Assembly (NCBI GenBank): GCA_963698055.1
Contig: OY969118.1
Coordinates: forward strand, 133,585 to 197,584
Length of the DNA stretch: 64,000 bases
Reading direction: 5' to 3'
From: an uncultured Solirubrobacterales bacterium
Lineage (GTDB): Bacteria; Actinomycetota; Thermoleophilia; Solirubrobacterales; Solirubrobacteraceae
Translations under genes and position numbers: made by a program
Notes under the pieces: model-generated
Told to the model about the DNA's origin: nothing
Seen by the model: the letters and a program-made list of their open reading frames with translations, nothing else
Database searches by the model: none
Part shown: piece by piece, positions 51,383 through 60,380 of the stretch
Numbering within the stretch: position 1 is the first letter of the stretch
Layout: every line of letters starts with the position of its first letter

Positions 51383-52435
51383 TCACCGGGCGACCATGTG
51401 CACTGCGCTGCGCGCCTCGGCGAATGTGACCAGCCGCGCGCGATCCTCATCCCACAGCTTGAAGCGGACACAGCGAATGCCGTCTCGCAGCGAGAGGATT
51501 GGGACGTCGTGGAAGATCGGGTTCTCGTCGTGTGCGCGCTGGAGGTTGTAGTTGGGGATACGGGCGCTGAGGTGGTGAACATGGTGCAGGCCGATGTTCC
51601 CGGAAAAGAACTGCAGAACCTTTGGCAGCTTCAGGTAGGAGCTCCCGCGTAGCGCCGCGTCGGCGTAACTCCAGCCCTCACCACACTCCCAGTAGGCATC
51701 CTCGAACTGGTGCTGCACATAGAACAGCCAGATTCCGGCAGAGCCCGCGAGCAGCACTGTGGGTGCCTGGATGAGCAAGTAGTCGCGCCAGCCGAGCGCC
51801 CAGCAGAGCAGGCCCACGAGCGCGAGCAGCGCGAAGTTGGTGCCGATCACGCTACGGCGCAGGCGTGGGCGCGCGTCACGCGAGACGAGCCGCGGGCCGA
51901 CGAGCAGCGCGACGATCGGGCCGATCCCGAACATCACCAACGGGTTGCGAAACAGGCGATAGCCGAGCCGGCTACGCGACGGGAGCGCGTTGTATTCGGC
52001 GACGGTCAGCGTGCGCACGTCGCCGCCGCCGCGCCGGTCGAGGTCGCCCGAGGTGGCGTGGTGAATCGCGTGGTCGTGGCGCCAGCGCAGGAAGGGCGAG
52101 TAGACGAGCAGGCCGAGCACGGTGCCGAGCCACATGTTCGCGCGCTTGCCCGGTAGGAACGAGCCGTGCGAGCAGTCGTGGAAGAGGATGAACGTGCGCA
52201 CCAAAAATCCCGAGGCGGGGATCGCGATCGCCAAGCTAAGTAGGTAGGAGACGCCCAGCGCGTAGTACATCGCCACGGACAGGCCCAGGTAGGGCACAAC
52301 CGAGGTAGCGAGGTCGAACAGGCTACGACCGAGGTGCGGCCGGGCGTAGGGCGCCAGCGTGTCTCGCCAGAACGCTCCACCGGGGTATGAGGTCCCGGCT
52401 GTGGCGGCGCGGGTCGCGGTTGCTGCCTGGGTCAC
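51383..52435 (-). CDS. Membrane fatty acid desaturase (Bacillus Des-like)
   Basis: HDCSH, HAIHH and HHVHH boxes; WLFYVQHQFE and IPNYNL motifs. Confidence 0.9.
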   Translation of the reverse strand: MTQAATATRAATAGTSYPGGAFWRDTLAPYARPHLGRSLFDLATSVVPYLGLSVAMYYALGVSYLLSLAIAIPASGFLVRTFILFHDCSHGSFLPGKRANMWLGTVLGLLVYSPFLRWRHDHAIHHATSGDLDRRGGGDVRTLTVAEYNALPSRSRLGYRLFRNPLVMFGIGPIVALLVGPRLVSRDARPRLRRSVIGTNFALLALVGLLCWALGWRDYLLIQAPTVLLAGSAGIWLFYVQHQFEDAYWECGEGWSYADAALRGSSYLKLPKVLQFFSGNIGLHHVHHLSARIPNYNLQRAHDENPIFHDVPILSLRDGIRCVRFKLWDEDRARLVTFAEARSAVHMVAR

Positions 52436-52555
52436 TTGATCCCCTTGCCACGCATCGGCGGCGTTGCGCTGGAACGTATACGGACCAACGGCTGATCGCT
52501 GGGGATCATAGACCCTGAGCTGGCGGGCGTGCGCCGCTTGTGCGCGTCGCTGCCC

Positions 52556-53011
52556 TCAGCGCTGATCGCCAAAGCGCAGTCCCATCCACACGTGCGGGAT
52601 CCCAGCTTCTTGAAAGGGCTCGGACTCGACCACGAAGCCCGCTTGCTCATACAGTGCGACCACCTGGATCTGGGAGGCCAGGCGGACCTGCTCACAGCCA
52701 CGCGCACGCGCCTCGCCGAGCGCGAGTGCGAGCATCCGCGATGCGATCCCGCGACCGCGCCAGTCCCGCTGCACGACGACGCGCCCGACTTTTGCGCGTG
52801 CGCCGTCGATCAGCAGGCGCAGCGTGCCGATCACGCGCTGATCCTCGGGCGCGAGCGCGACCACGTGCAGCGCCTCCTCGTCGAGCCCCTCGAACTCCTC
52901 CTCGCGCGGCACCCCCTGCTCACCGTAGAAGACCGCTTCACGCAGCGCGAAGGCCTGCTCGAGCTCGCTCTGCCCCGCGATCCAGCGCACGGCTATCTCG
53001 GGTGTGCGCAC
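52556..53011 (-). CDS. GNAT acetyltransferase (ElaA/YjcF-like)
   Basis: LREAVFYGEQGV, RGRGIA and EAGIPHVWM motifs. Confidence 0.87.
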   Translation of the reverse strand: MRTPEIAVRWIAGQSELEQAFALREAVFYGEQGVPREEEFEGLDEEALHVVALAPEDQRVIGTLRLLIDGARAKVGRVVVQRDWRGRGIASRMLALALGEARARGCEQVRLASQIQVVALYEQAGFVVESEPFQEAGIPHVWMGLRFGDQR

Positions 53012-53015
53012 GAGC

Positions 53016-54269
53016 CTACCTCGCGCTCAGCGCGAAGCCGGCCCGCAGGCCACGACCGGTCAGGCGCCGCAGGGCCACGATCCCGAGCGTCGCGACGAGC
53101 AGACAGGCGGCGGCGCCGACGCCGAGACCCGCGCGCGCGCCCGCCTGGGCGATCACCCAGCCGATGATCGGGCCGCCGATCGGCGTGGAGCCCTGGAAGG
53201 CGACGAACCACAGCGACATCACACGTCCGCGCATGTGCGGCGCCGAGGCGAGCTGAAGCGTCGAGTTGCCGCTCGCCATGAACGCGATGCTCGCTCCGCC
53301 GACGAGCGCCAGCGCGAGCAGCTCGACAGGCAAATTCGGCGCGAGGCTCGCGAACAGCAAAAGGACGCCGAACGCGGTTGCGGAGGCGACGAGCATCGGC
53401 AACCCGGTACGACCCTTGGTGGCCACAAACAGGCCGCCGAGCACCGCGCCGAGCCCCATCGCGGCGGTCATGAAGCCGAAGCCCGTCGCGCCGACGTGCA
53501 GGCCCTGGCGCGCCATCACCGGCAGCGTGACCTGGAACTCGTAGGCCAGACATCCGGCGAGCGCCATCATCACGAGCGGCACGCCGAGGTCGGGGTTGGC
53601 GCGCACGTAGCGCAGCCCCTCACGCAGCTGGCCCGGCTCGCGCCCGCTCGGTGGCGTCGGTGAGAGCGCGCCGCGATCGAGGGCGATCAGCGACGCGACG
53701 ACCGCGGCGAAGCTCGCGGCGTTGAGCAGAAAGCAGGTGCCCTCACCAACTGTCGCGATCAGCACGCCTGCGACGGCCGGGCCGATCGTGCGCGCGAGGT
53801 TGACGATCACCGAGTTGAGACTGACGGCGTTACGCAGGCTCTCGGGGCCGACCATCTCGAGCATGAAGGCCTGGCGCGCGGGGTTCTCAAAGGCGTTGTT
53901 GAGGCCGAGTAGCGCCGCCAGCGCAGCGACCTCCCACAGGCGCACCGCGCCGGTGATCGTGAGCAGACCGAGCGCGAGCGCTTGCAGCCCCATCGCGATC
54001 TGCAGGATCACCATCAGGCGGCGCTTGTCGACGCGGTCGGCGACGACGCCGCCGTAGGGGCCGAGCAGCAGCACGGGCAGCGTCTGCGCGGCGATGATGA
54101 AGCCGAGCGCGGTGGCCGAGCCGGTCAGCGTGAGCACGAGCCAGGACTGTGCCGCCATCTGCATCCAGGTGCCGATCAGCGACACGGACTGCCCGGCGTA
54201 GTAGCGACGGAAGTTGGGGATCGCGAGCGCCGCGAAGGTGACCCGTCCTACGCCGATCAGACGCGTCAT
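53016..54269 (-). CDS. MFS transporter
   Basis: GQSVSLIGTWMQ, GVVADRVDKRR and MRGRVMS motifs; about 12 TM segments. Confidence 0.92.
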   Translation of the reverse strand: MTRLIGVGRVTFAALAIPNFRRYYAGQSVSLIGTWMQMAAQSWLVLTLTGSATALGFIIAAQTLPVLLLGPYGGVVADRVDKRRLMVILQIAMGLQALALGLLTITGAVRLWEVAALAALLGLNNAFENPARQAFMLEMVGPESLRNAVSLNSVIVNLARTIGPAVAGVLIATVGEGTCFLLNAASFAAVVASLIALDRGALSPTPPSGREPGQLREGLRYVRANPDLGVPLVMMALAGCLAYEFQVTLPVMARQGLHVGATGFGFMTAAMGLGAVLGGLFVATKGRTGLPMLVASATAFGVLLLFASLAPNLPVELLALALVGGASIAFMASGNSTLQLASAPHMRGRVMSLWFVAFQGSTPIGGPIIGWVIAQAGARAGLGVGAAACLLVATLGIVALRRLTGRGLRAGFALSAR

Positions 54270-54730
54270 GTGCGGCGCCCCGGGAGGCGCTCGGCAAGCT
54301 CCTCGAGCACGGGCAAGGCCTTCCAGAGCGCCTCGCGCTGGTCCTCGTCGAGCGCCTCGACGTGGGCGCCCAGCAGCTCCGTGCGCTCGCGGTGGATGCG
54401 CTCGCGGATGCGCCGACCCGCGGCGCTCGCGCGCACGAGCGCGGCGCGGCGGTCCTCGGGGTCTGCCTCGCGGCGCAGCAGACCGGCCTCGCAGAGCTGC
54501 GCTGCGATACGCGAGAGCATCGTCGGGTTCAGGCCCTCGATCTCGGCCAGCTCGGAGAGACGCAGGGGACCGATCCGCGCGACGGTGAACAGCACCGAGA
54601 TCTGCGACGGGGTCAGCCCGGAGCCGGCGACCGTCGGGCGCAGACGGCGTGAGAGCTTGCCGATCGCCGCGCGCAGACGCGCCCCGTCGTCCTCCTGCGC
54701 AGCTGTCAAAACCGCCTCTGTCTCTGTCAC
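54266..54730 (-). CDS. MarR-family regulator
   Basis: LTPSQISVL, LSELAEIEG and DPEDRR motifs. Confidence 0.9.
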   Translation of the reverse strand: MTETEAVLTAAQEDDGARLRAAIGKLSRRLRPTVAGSGLTPSQISVLFTVARIGPLRLSELAEIEGLNPTMLSRIAAQLCEAGLLRREADPEDRRAALVRASAAGRRIRERIHRERTELLGAHVEALDEDQREALWKALPVLEELAERLPGRRT

Positions 54731-54755
54731 TTCGAACCCATCATCTCTAAATAGT

Positions 54756-54776
54756 TGCTTGCTGGCAAGCATTATA
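54756..54776 (-). promoter_or_regulatory. MarR operator palindrome abutting a TATAAT -10 element
   Basis: TGCTTGC-TG-GCAAGCA (54756-54771) overlaps a minus-strand TATAAT (54771-54776). Confidence 0.65.
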
Positions 54777-54939
54777 TCGGATGGCGGCCGTCGTGCAGAT
54801 GCTCCTCCTTCGCGCGCCCGCGCTGCTACCGTTCCTGGTTCAGGTCGCGCAATCAGCCCGACGCCGTCGTGCCCGCGCTCGTAGCCTTTGCTCAGCAATC
54901 TCCGCGTTCGCAGCACTTCAACGCAGGAGGAAAGACAGA

Positions 54940-55143
54940 ATGGCTACAGGAACCGTCAAGTGGTTCAGCGACGACAAGGGCTTCGGGTTCATCACACCCG
55001 ATGACCAGTCGAAGGACCTGTTCGTACATCACACCGCGATCGTCGGCGAGGGCTACCGCTCTCTGGCCGAAGGCGCCAAGGTCTCCTACGAGGCCGAAGC
55101 AAGCGACAAAGGCCCCAAGGCCGCGAACGTTCAGGTCGTCTAG
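54940..55143 (+). CDS. cspA: Cold-shock protein
   Basis: [15 protein letters not shown]...LFVHH; AGGAGG RBS. Confidence 0.93.
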   Translation: MATGTVKWFSDDKGFGFITPDDQSKDLFVHHTAIVGEGYRSLAEGAKVSYEAEASDKGPKAANVQVV

Positions 55144-55149
55144 CGCAGA

Positions 55150-55184
55150 TCGGGCCTGCCGGCGCTAATCGCCCGCAGGCCCGA
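55150..55184 (+). terminator. GC-rich hairpin after csp
   Basis: TCGGGCCTGC...GCAGGCCCGA stem, located between convergent genes. Confidence 0.6.
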
Positions 55185-55251
55185 GCCGCTCCCGTCGAGA
55201 GCGCTCAGGCTCCACCCAGCGCGAGGAGCCACCAGCGCAGGGCGTATTGGC

Positions 55252-55551
55252 TCAATCGAGATCGAAGGCAGCGTGGATCGCCGCGCTGAGCTGGCGCTCC
55301 TGGTGATCGAGCAGAACACCGACCTGCGCGCGCAGTGCGTCGATAGGGATCGTGGTGACGTTGTCGCAGCTCACAACCGATGGCCCGGAGAGACCGTTGG
55401 CGCCGTCAACGGGCACCTCAGTTGAGAGCCCTCTGACTGTGGTCGTGATCGGCGCGACGGTGACGGTCGACAGATGTGGGCGTACAAGCTCGCGGGTGAG
55501 AACGAGCACCGGCCGTGCCTTATCGAGCTGCGCGATGTGGATTGGGCGCAT
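55252..55551 (-). CDS. mazF: MazF/PemK endoribonuclease toxin
   Basis: MRPIHIAQLDKARPVLVLTRE...VTVAPITTTVRGL...SVVSCDN. Confidence 0.9.
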   Translation of the reverse strand: MRPIHIAQLDKARPVLVLTRELVRPHLSTVTVAPITTTVRGLSTEVPVDGANGLSGPSVVSCDNVTTIPIDALRAQVGVLLDHQERQLSAAIHAAFDLD

Positions 55552-55784
55552 CAGGCAGGAGCAGAGGGCAGGCTCGCCGCATACTCCGCCAAGCCGTCGA
55601 GCTCGGGATCCGGACCGGTGCGCGCGAGGATCGCCGCATCCCTTGCAGCGACCGCACGCCGGCGTTCGCGCTCGAGCGCCAGGGTGACCACCGCCGCACG
55701 GCTGCGGGCGCCACCGGCGTCGACCACTTCGTCTACGAACGCGACCAGCTCGTCGGCCAGGCGCACAGCTATCTGCTTGCTCAT
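55551..55784 (-). CDS. RHH antitoxin (MazE-like)
   Basis: MSKQIAVRL...SRAAVV..ALERERRR; TGATG coupling to mazF. Confidence 0.85.
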   Translation of the reverse strand: MSKQIAVRLADELVAFVDEVVDAGGARSRAAVVTLALERERRRAVAARDAAILARTGPDPELDGLAEYAASLPSAPA

Positions 55785-55817
55785 ACCAACACGGTAGCAA
55801 ATTGGTACCATAAATGG

Positions 55818-56222
55818 ATGCCACAAGCGACCGAGGACCGCAACCGCCGGATGTTGCGCACGCGCGACGCGATGGATCGGGCGTTTGCACAGCCGCTCGA
55901 CGTACCGACGCTTGCGCGCCTCGCACACGTCTCACCAGCTCACTTCAGCCGCCAGTTCCGTGCGGTGTTCGGCGAGACGCCACACCGCTATCTACAGCGC
56001 CGACGGGTCGAGCGCGCGATGGAGCTGCTGCGAGAAACGGGCTCTCCAGTCACGGAGATCTGCTTCGACGTCGGCTTCAACAGCCTTGGAACCTTCAGCC
56101 GTACGTTCCGCGCGATCATCGGCGAGTCACCATCTGCCTATCGCGCGCGGTTCGCTGCCGGCAACACAGCCCTGCGCGTGCCGACCTGCTGGGCGATGGC
56201 CTGGATGCGACCGGCCGGTTAG
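55818..56222 (+). CDS. Single-domain AraC-family regulator
   Basis: HFSRQFRAVFGETP and VGFNSLGTFSRTF motifs. Confidence 0.9.
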   Translation: MPQATEDRNRRMLRTRDAMDRAFAQPLDVPTLARLAHVSPAHFSRQFRAVFGETPHRYLQRRRVERAMELLRETGSPVTEICFDVGFNSLGTFSRTFRAIIGESPSAYRARFAAGNTALRVPTCWAMAWMRPAG

Positions 56223-56276
56223 AGAGAGCAGCTTTGGAGAAGCGCGCGCGCCCGATCGCCGTCTAACGTGGCGAGC

Positions 56277-56732
56277 ATGCCAAAGCGAATCAGCCACACC
56301 TTCATGTATGTCCTCGACCAGGACGCGGCGCTTGACTTCTACGTCGGCAAGCTCGGCTTCGAAGTGCATACCGACGCCGACATGGGCGTCATGCGCTTTC
56401 TGACCGTGAACCTCCCCGACCAGCCCGACGTCGAGCTGGTCCTGATGGCGCCCGGCGCACCCGTCTATGACGACCGCACCGCCGAGCAGATCCGCGAGCT
56501 GGTGTCCAAGGGCGGCGCAGGCGGCGGGCTGATCCTCGAAACCGACGATTGCCGCGCCACCTACGAGAGCCTGCTCGCCGCAGGCGTCGAGTTCACCCAG
56601 GAGCCGATCGAGCGCTTCTACGGAACCGACTGTGCGCTGCGCGACCCGTTCGGGAATCCGATCCGGTTCACCCAGCCGCCTGACGGTCCAGTGGTTGTAC
56701 CTTCGGTGGAGGAGCTGCAGGCGCGCTCCTGA
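56277..56732 (+). CDS. VOC/glyoxalase family protein
   Basis: DQDAALDFY..KLGF, GVEFTQEP and RDPFGN motifs. Confidence 0.9.
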   Translation: MPKRISHTFMYVLDQDAALDFYVGKLGFEVHTDADMGVMRFLTVNLPDQPDVELVLMAPGAPVYDDRTAEQIRELVSKGGAGGGLILETDDCRATYESLLAAGVEFTQEPIERFYGTDCALRDPFGNPIRFTQPPDGPVVVPSVEELQARS

Positions 56733-57041
56733 GCGGTCGCCGGCCGGTCGCAGTGTAGAACTGGTCTCGCTCGTGACGAGCCTCGGCGATCCGCAGCGGC
56801 TGCTCGACGCGACGCCGGTCCGCACGCAAGCGCATCGTGCATGTCGCCGAGCGGGACGGCCCCAGCGACGCCGGGCAACGTGGTCGCTGCCTGCGCGTAC
56901 CGTCACCGGGAGCCGGAGCTCGCGAACGTCCAAATCTCCGGTGCCCGATCCGGGGCGGCGAAGGCCGGATGGCACCTTTTGCCGAGCGTGCCCCTGAGGC
57001 CTGGGGGAGCATGCCAGACCAGCTGTTATAGAATACGGGCA

Positions 57042-58322
57042 ATGTTCGAGGCGCTAGAGGAGTCGGACCCGGATCTCGCCAGCATGCTGGTCCGAGAGGA
57101 TCAGCGACAGGCCGAGTCGTTGTGTCTCATTCCATCGGAGAATTACTGCTCGGCTGCCGTTCTCGAAGCCAATGGGACTGTCCTCGTGAACAAGTACTGC
57201 GAGGGGTATCCAGGGAAGCGTTATTACGAGGGCAACGAAATCATCGACGAAGTCGAGTTGCTCGCTCAGGCGCGTGCGCGCGAATTGTTTGGCGTCGATC
57301 ATGCCAACGTCCAGCCGTACTCCGGTTCACCTGCAAATCTCGCGGTATACCTCGCGCTTATTAGCCCTGGCGATACAGTCATGGGGCTGTCTCTGCCCGC
57401 GGGCGGTCACCTCACCCACGGATGGTCAGTATCTGCGACCGGAATCTGGTTTAACGCGGTCCATTACGGTGTCGATCCAGACACAGGCAGAGTCGACATG
57501 AGCACCGTGCGTGAATTGGCACTAAAAGCGCGGCCCAAGTTGCTGTTCTGTGGGGGAACCGCAGTACCGAGAACTGTTGACTTTGAGGGTTTCGCATCGA
57601 TCGCCAAAGAGATTGACGCCGTCATGGTCGCCGACATATCACATATCGCCGGGTTGATAGCAGGTGGCGCGCATCCGTCACCAGTCCCGCACGCGGATGT
57701 CATTATGACAACGACACATAAGACGCTGCGTGGACCGAGGGGCGCGATCCTCATGTCTCGAGAGCGCTTCGCCAAGGCTCTCGATAAAGCTGTCTTTCCG
57801 GGCCTCCAAGGCGGTCCCCACCAGCACCAAACGGCCGCGATCGCTGCCGCTTTGGGAGAGGCGCTGACTCCCGCGTTCAGGGATTACGCCCACCTCATTG
57901 TCGCTAATGCAAAAGCCCTTGCACAGGAGCTCTTGGAGCGAGATTTTACCTTGGTCTCAGGGGGTACTGACAATCATTTGATTTTGCTCGACATGACGTC
58001 TAAGGGCCTCAGCGGTAAGGAAGTTTCCACAGCACTGATTAGGTCAGGGATCGTGACGAATGCCAATTCCATCCCATTTGACCCGAGGAAGCCGTTTGAC
58101 CCGTCAGGTGTACGGATTGGTACACCGGCCCTTACGTCACGCGGGCTTCAGCCCGAGCACATGGCTGAGGTTGCCCGCTGGATCGACGAGGTGGTGGCAG
58201 CGACCCACTCAGGAGAGAACGCAGTCTACAGCCGAGTCCAGGGCGAAGTCCATGATTTGATGACGCAGTATCCAGCGCCTGGCTGCAGGTCTTCTGCGGC
58301 CTCAGCAGCAGCGTCTCACTGA
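57042..58322 (+). CDS. glyA: Serine hydroxymethyltransferase (lower-GC, probably acquired copy)
   Basis: LIPSENY, NKYCEGYPGKRYY, GGHLTHG, TTTHKTLRGPRG (PLP Lys), FPGLQGGP and SGVRIGT motifs; TAGAAT 7 nt before the ATG. Confidence 0.92.
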   Translation: MFEALEESDPDLASMLVREDQRQAESLCLIPSENYCSAAVLEANGTVLVNKYCEGYPGKRYYEGNEIIDEVELLAQARARELFGVDHANVQPYSGSPANLAVYLALISPGDTVMGLSLPAGGHLTHGWSVSATGIWFNAVHYGVDPDTGRVDMSTVRELALKARPKLLFCGGTAVPRTVDFEGFASIAKEIDAVMVADISHIAGLIAGGAHPSPVPHADVIMTTTHKTLRGPRGAILMSRERFAKALDKAVFPGLQGGPHQHQTAAIAAALGEALTPAFRDYAHLIVANAKALAQELLERDFTLVSGGTDNHLILLDMTSKGLSGKEVSTALIRSGIVTNANSIPFDPRKPFDPSGVRIGTPALTSRGLQPEHMAEVARWIDEVVAATHSGENAVYSRVQGEVHDLMTQYPAPGCRSSAASAAASH

Positions 58323-58624
58323 CCTCGCAAATTCTCGGCAGCGGCGGTTCCGAGGTCAGCACTGATCTGGTAGTTTGAATCGCCCCGAATTACGAGCCAC
58401 CAAGGAGCGCTTCGCGAAAGGTCTCGTCGTAGACCCGACGGAACTCATCATCGCTAGCCCGAGCGGACCTCGTCCGCGTTTGCCCCTGGTTCCGTTCCAG
58501 GGTCGCTCGAACCGTCTCAGCAGCCGCCGCGCCTCACTGTCGGCAAGCTCCCATGCTAGTTTCTCGCGTCCATCAACCACCGCGGCGAGTCTAGCTCAAG
58601 ACAACTTGCTCCACACCTCGGACC

Positions 58625-59593
58625 TTGTCTACCAACGAAGATCTCTATCGGGAGTTCCCGCCTGCAATTCGCCAGGCCTACGCCGACGTCGTCCGAGCGA
58701 CAGGGGCGGACAGGAAGCACGAATTGCTTCTAAAGCTGGCCGAGGCCTCGCTCTTGTATCTCACGTCTCTCTCGCTGTCTGACTATCGAAGTCGTAGCGT
58801 TGAAACTTCAGCAACCGTCGAGGCTCTCATCGACGAACTACGTGGCACCCCGCTGACCTTCGCAGGCACACTGCGACTCTTTGAAGCCACGGCTGGAGCG
58901 GTAGATAACAGCCTGTTCCCTCCGGCTGGTCCATTGGATATTCAACCCCTCCGAGCAGCTAGCCAGCTTGGCTCCGCCATAGACGTCGTGAAGCAGGCAG
59001 CTAATGACCTGCCCCTGGAGGATGTATCCACGATGAGCGTCGAGCCGCACGTAGTACCGGCAATCATCGCGCCAACGAAAGATGTGAGCTGGTGGACTAC
59101 ATGGTCATATCTCGTCATGTACAGGAACATCGTGGCGAGCGAGACAGACCAGCCTTGGCCATCCCGTGGCTCCCGCTACTACGCCGTGTTTAATCCGCTG
59201 CTCGAGGCAGCCGTCGTCGAAATTCTGACTTACGGCGCTCCAGCACATTCGGTGCTGCATTATCCTGTAGCTACGCTGACCTCTATCACAGAGCATCCCA
59301 ACGGAACTATCAGACACACGCTATGCGGAGAGGCTTTTGGCGTCTGGTTCGAGACCCATATTGTTGACGCAAAAAAGGTTACCGACACTTGGGCGCAGGA
59401 GGATTGGCAAGCCACAGCTAGGTCGAACTACATCTTGGAAGAGAAGAACGACGGGGAGTTCGTGATTCGCGCGTTGCATTGGGATCTCAGTAAGGGTCCT
59501 CCACCCCCACCCGTCATTGCGCGGTCCGCCGATCGCGGAATTCGCGCCCTCCCTGCGCGAATCTCCCGCATGGTGACGGGAGGGACAATTTAG
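58625..59593 (+). CDS. Hypothetical helical protein, possibly HEPN-like; probable N-terminal part of a fusion with the GHMP kinase
   Basis: 322-aa open frame in low-GC DNA; LVMYRN motif; ends in a Pro-rich linker. Confidence 0.55.
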   Translation: MSTNEDLYREFPPAIRQAYADVVRATGADRKHELLLKLAEASLLYLTSLSLSDYRSRSVETSATVEALIDELRGTPLTFAGTLRLFEATAGAVDNSLFPPAGPLDIQPLRAASQLGSAIDVVKQAANDLPLEDVSTMSVEPHVVPAIIAPTKDVSWWTTWSYLVMYRNIVASETDQPWPSRGSRYYAVFNPLLEAAVVEILTYGAPAHSVLHYPVATLTSITEHPNGTIRHTLCGEAFGVWFETHIVDAKKVTDTWAQEDWQATARSNYILEEKNDGEFVIRALHWDLSKGPPPPPVIARSADRGIRALPARISRMVTGGTI

Positions 59594-60360
59594 AGGGTCG
59601 CGGTGAAGCTCCTGGTACGTGTGGTGAGTTCGCTCAGGGACCACTGCCGGATGGGACCGAGTTCCACGTCACGTGTCCAATTAACATGGGATCTGCAGTC
59701 GACGTTGAGCTAAGAAAAGCAAGCGAGTATTTTGTGAGCGGCTTGCGGCCACATCAACACAAGCTTGACAAGGCGCTCCGCTATACCTGCGATCAACTAG
59801 ACCTTGCGCCGATGCATATCCACGTTCGCCAGTGGAGTAACCTTGAGATCGGCAAGGGGATGGGGTCTGACGGCACGATGTACGAGGGCATTACGGTAGT
59901 GAACCAAAAAACCGGCCTAGCTCTTCGCGAATGGTCATGGCATCCGGACTTTGTGATTGTGATGCTCGTCCCTGGCAATTCTGTCCTAACAGGAAACATA
60001 CAATTTCTCGGTAAGGAGAAGCTGGCGCCTGAGTATGCCGAGCTACTTGAAGCATTTGATGCTGCAATCGCTCGCCGCTCCGTATCCGACTTTGCAGAGC
60101 TGTCCACCCGCGCCGCGGTGCTTAATGCTCCGTATCTACTTAATCCTCACGCTCAGATCTTGTCGAAACGTCTGTCAGAGCTAGGCGCGCTCGGGCTCAA
60201 CGTCGGCCACACCGGGACAGTATGTGGGCTCCTCTACCCAAACACGCAGACTGGGCATGAGCAGGCTAGCGAGGCAGACTTCAAGATGCGTCGATGGTTC
60301 ACAGACCTCAGCGAGGTTATGGTAGTCACAACTCCGCCATGCCTAGCGTCCACGGAGTGA
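59593..60360 (+). CDS. PduX-like GHMP kinase domain (no start codon of its own; apparent internal deletion)
   Basis: APGTCGEFAQG...TCPIN (59608-59685) is in frame with SNLEIGKGMGS and GLNVGHTGTVCGLL. Confidence 0.72.
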   Translation, partial: EGRGEAPGTCGEFAQGPLPDGTEFHVTCPINMGSAVDVELRKASEYFVSGLRPHQHKLDKALRYTCDQLDLAPMHIHVRQWSNLEIGKGMGSDGTMYEGITVVNQKTGLALREWSWHPDFVIVMLVPGNSVLTGNIQFLGKEKLAPEYAELLEAFDAAIARRSVSDFAELSTRAAVLNAPYLLNPHAQILSKRLSELGALGLNVGHTGTVCGLLYPNTQTGHEQASEADFKMRRWFTDLSEVMVVTTPPCLASTE

Positions 60361-60380
60361 CGCCGCACGACTTGACCGGC

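Noticed and set aside
56740-57040. Possible ZTP (pfl) riboswitch upstream of glyA (CACCGGGAGC...CCTGGG)
   Set aside because: The conserved 5' GACUGGCG segment is not found, and glyA appears leaderless, leaving no UTR.
58386-58530. Minus-strand protein-like stretch ...DDEFRRVYDETFREALLGGS
   Set aside because: No start codon in frame and too short to assign; at most a gene remnant.
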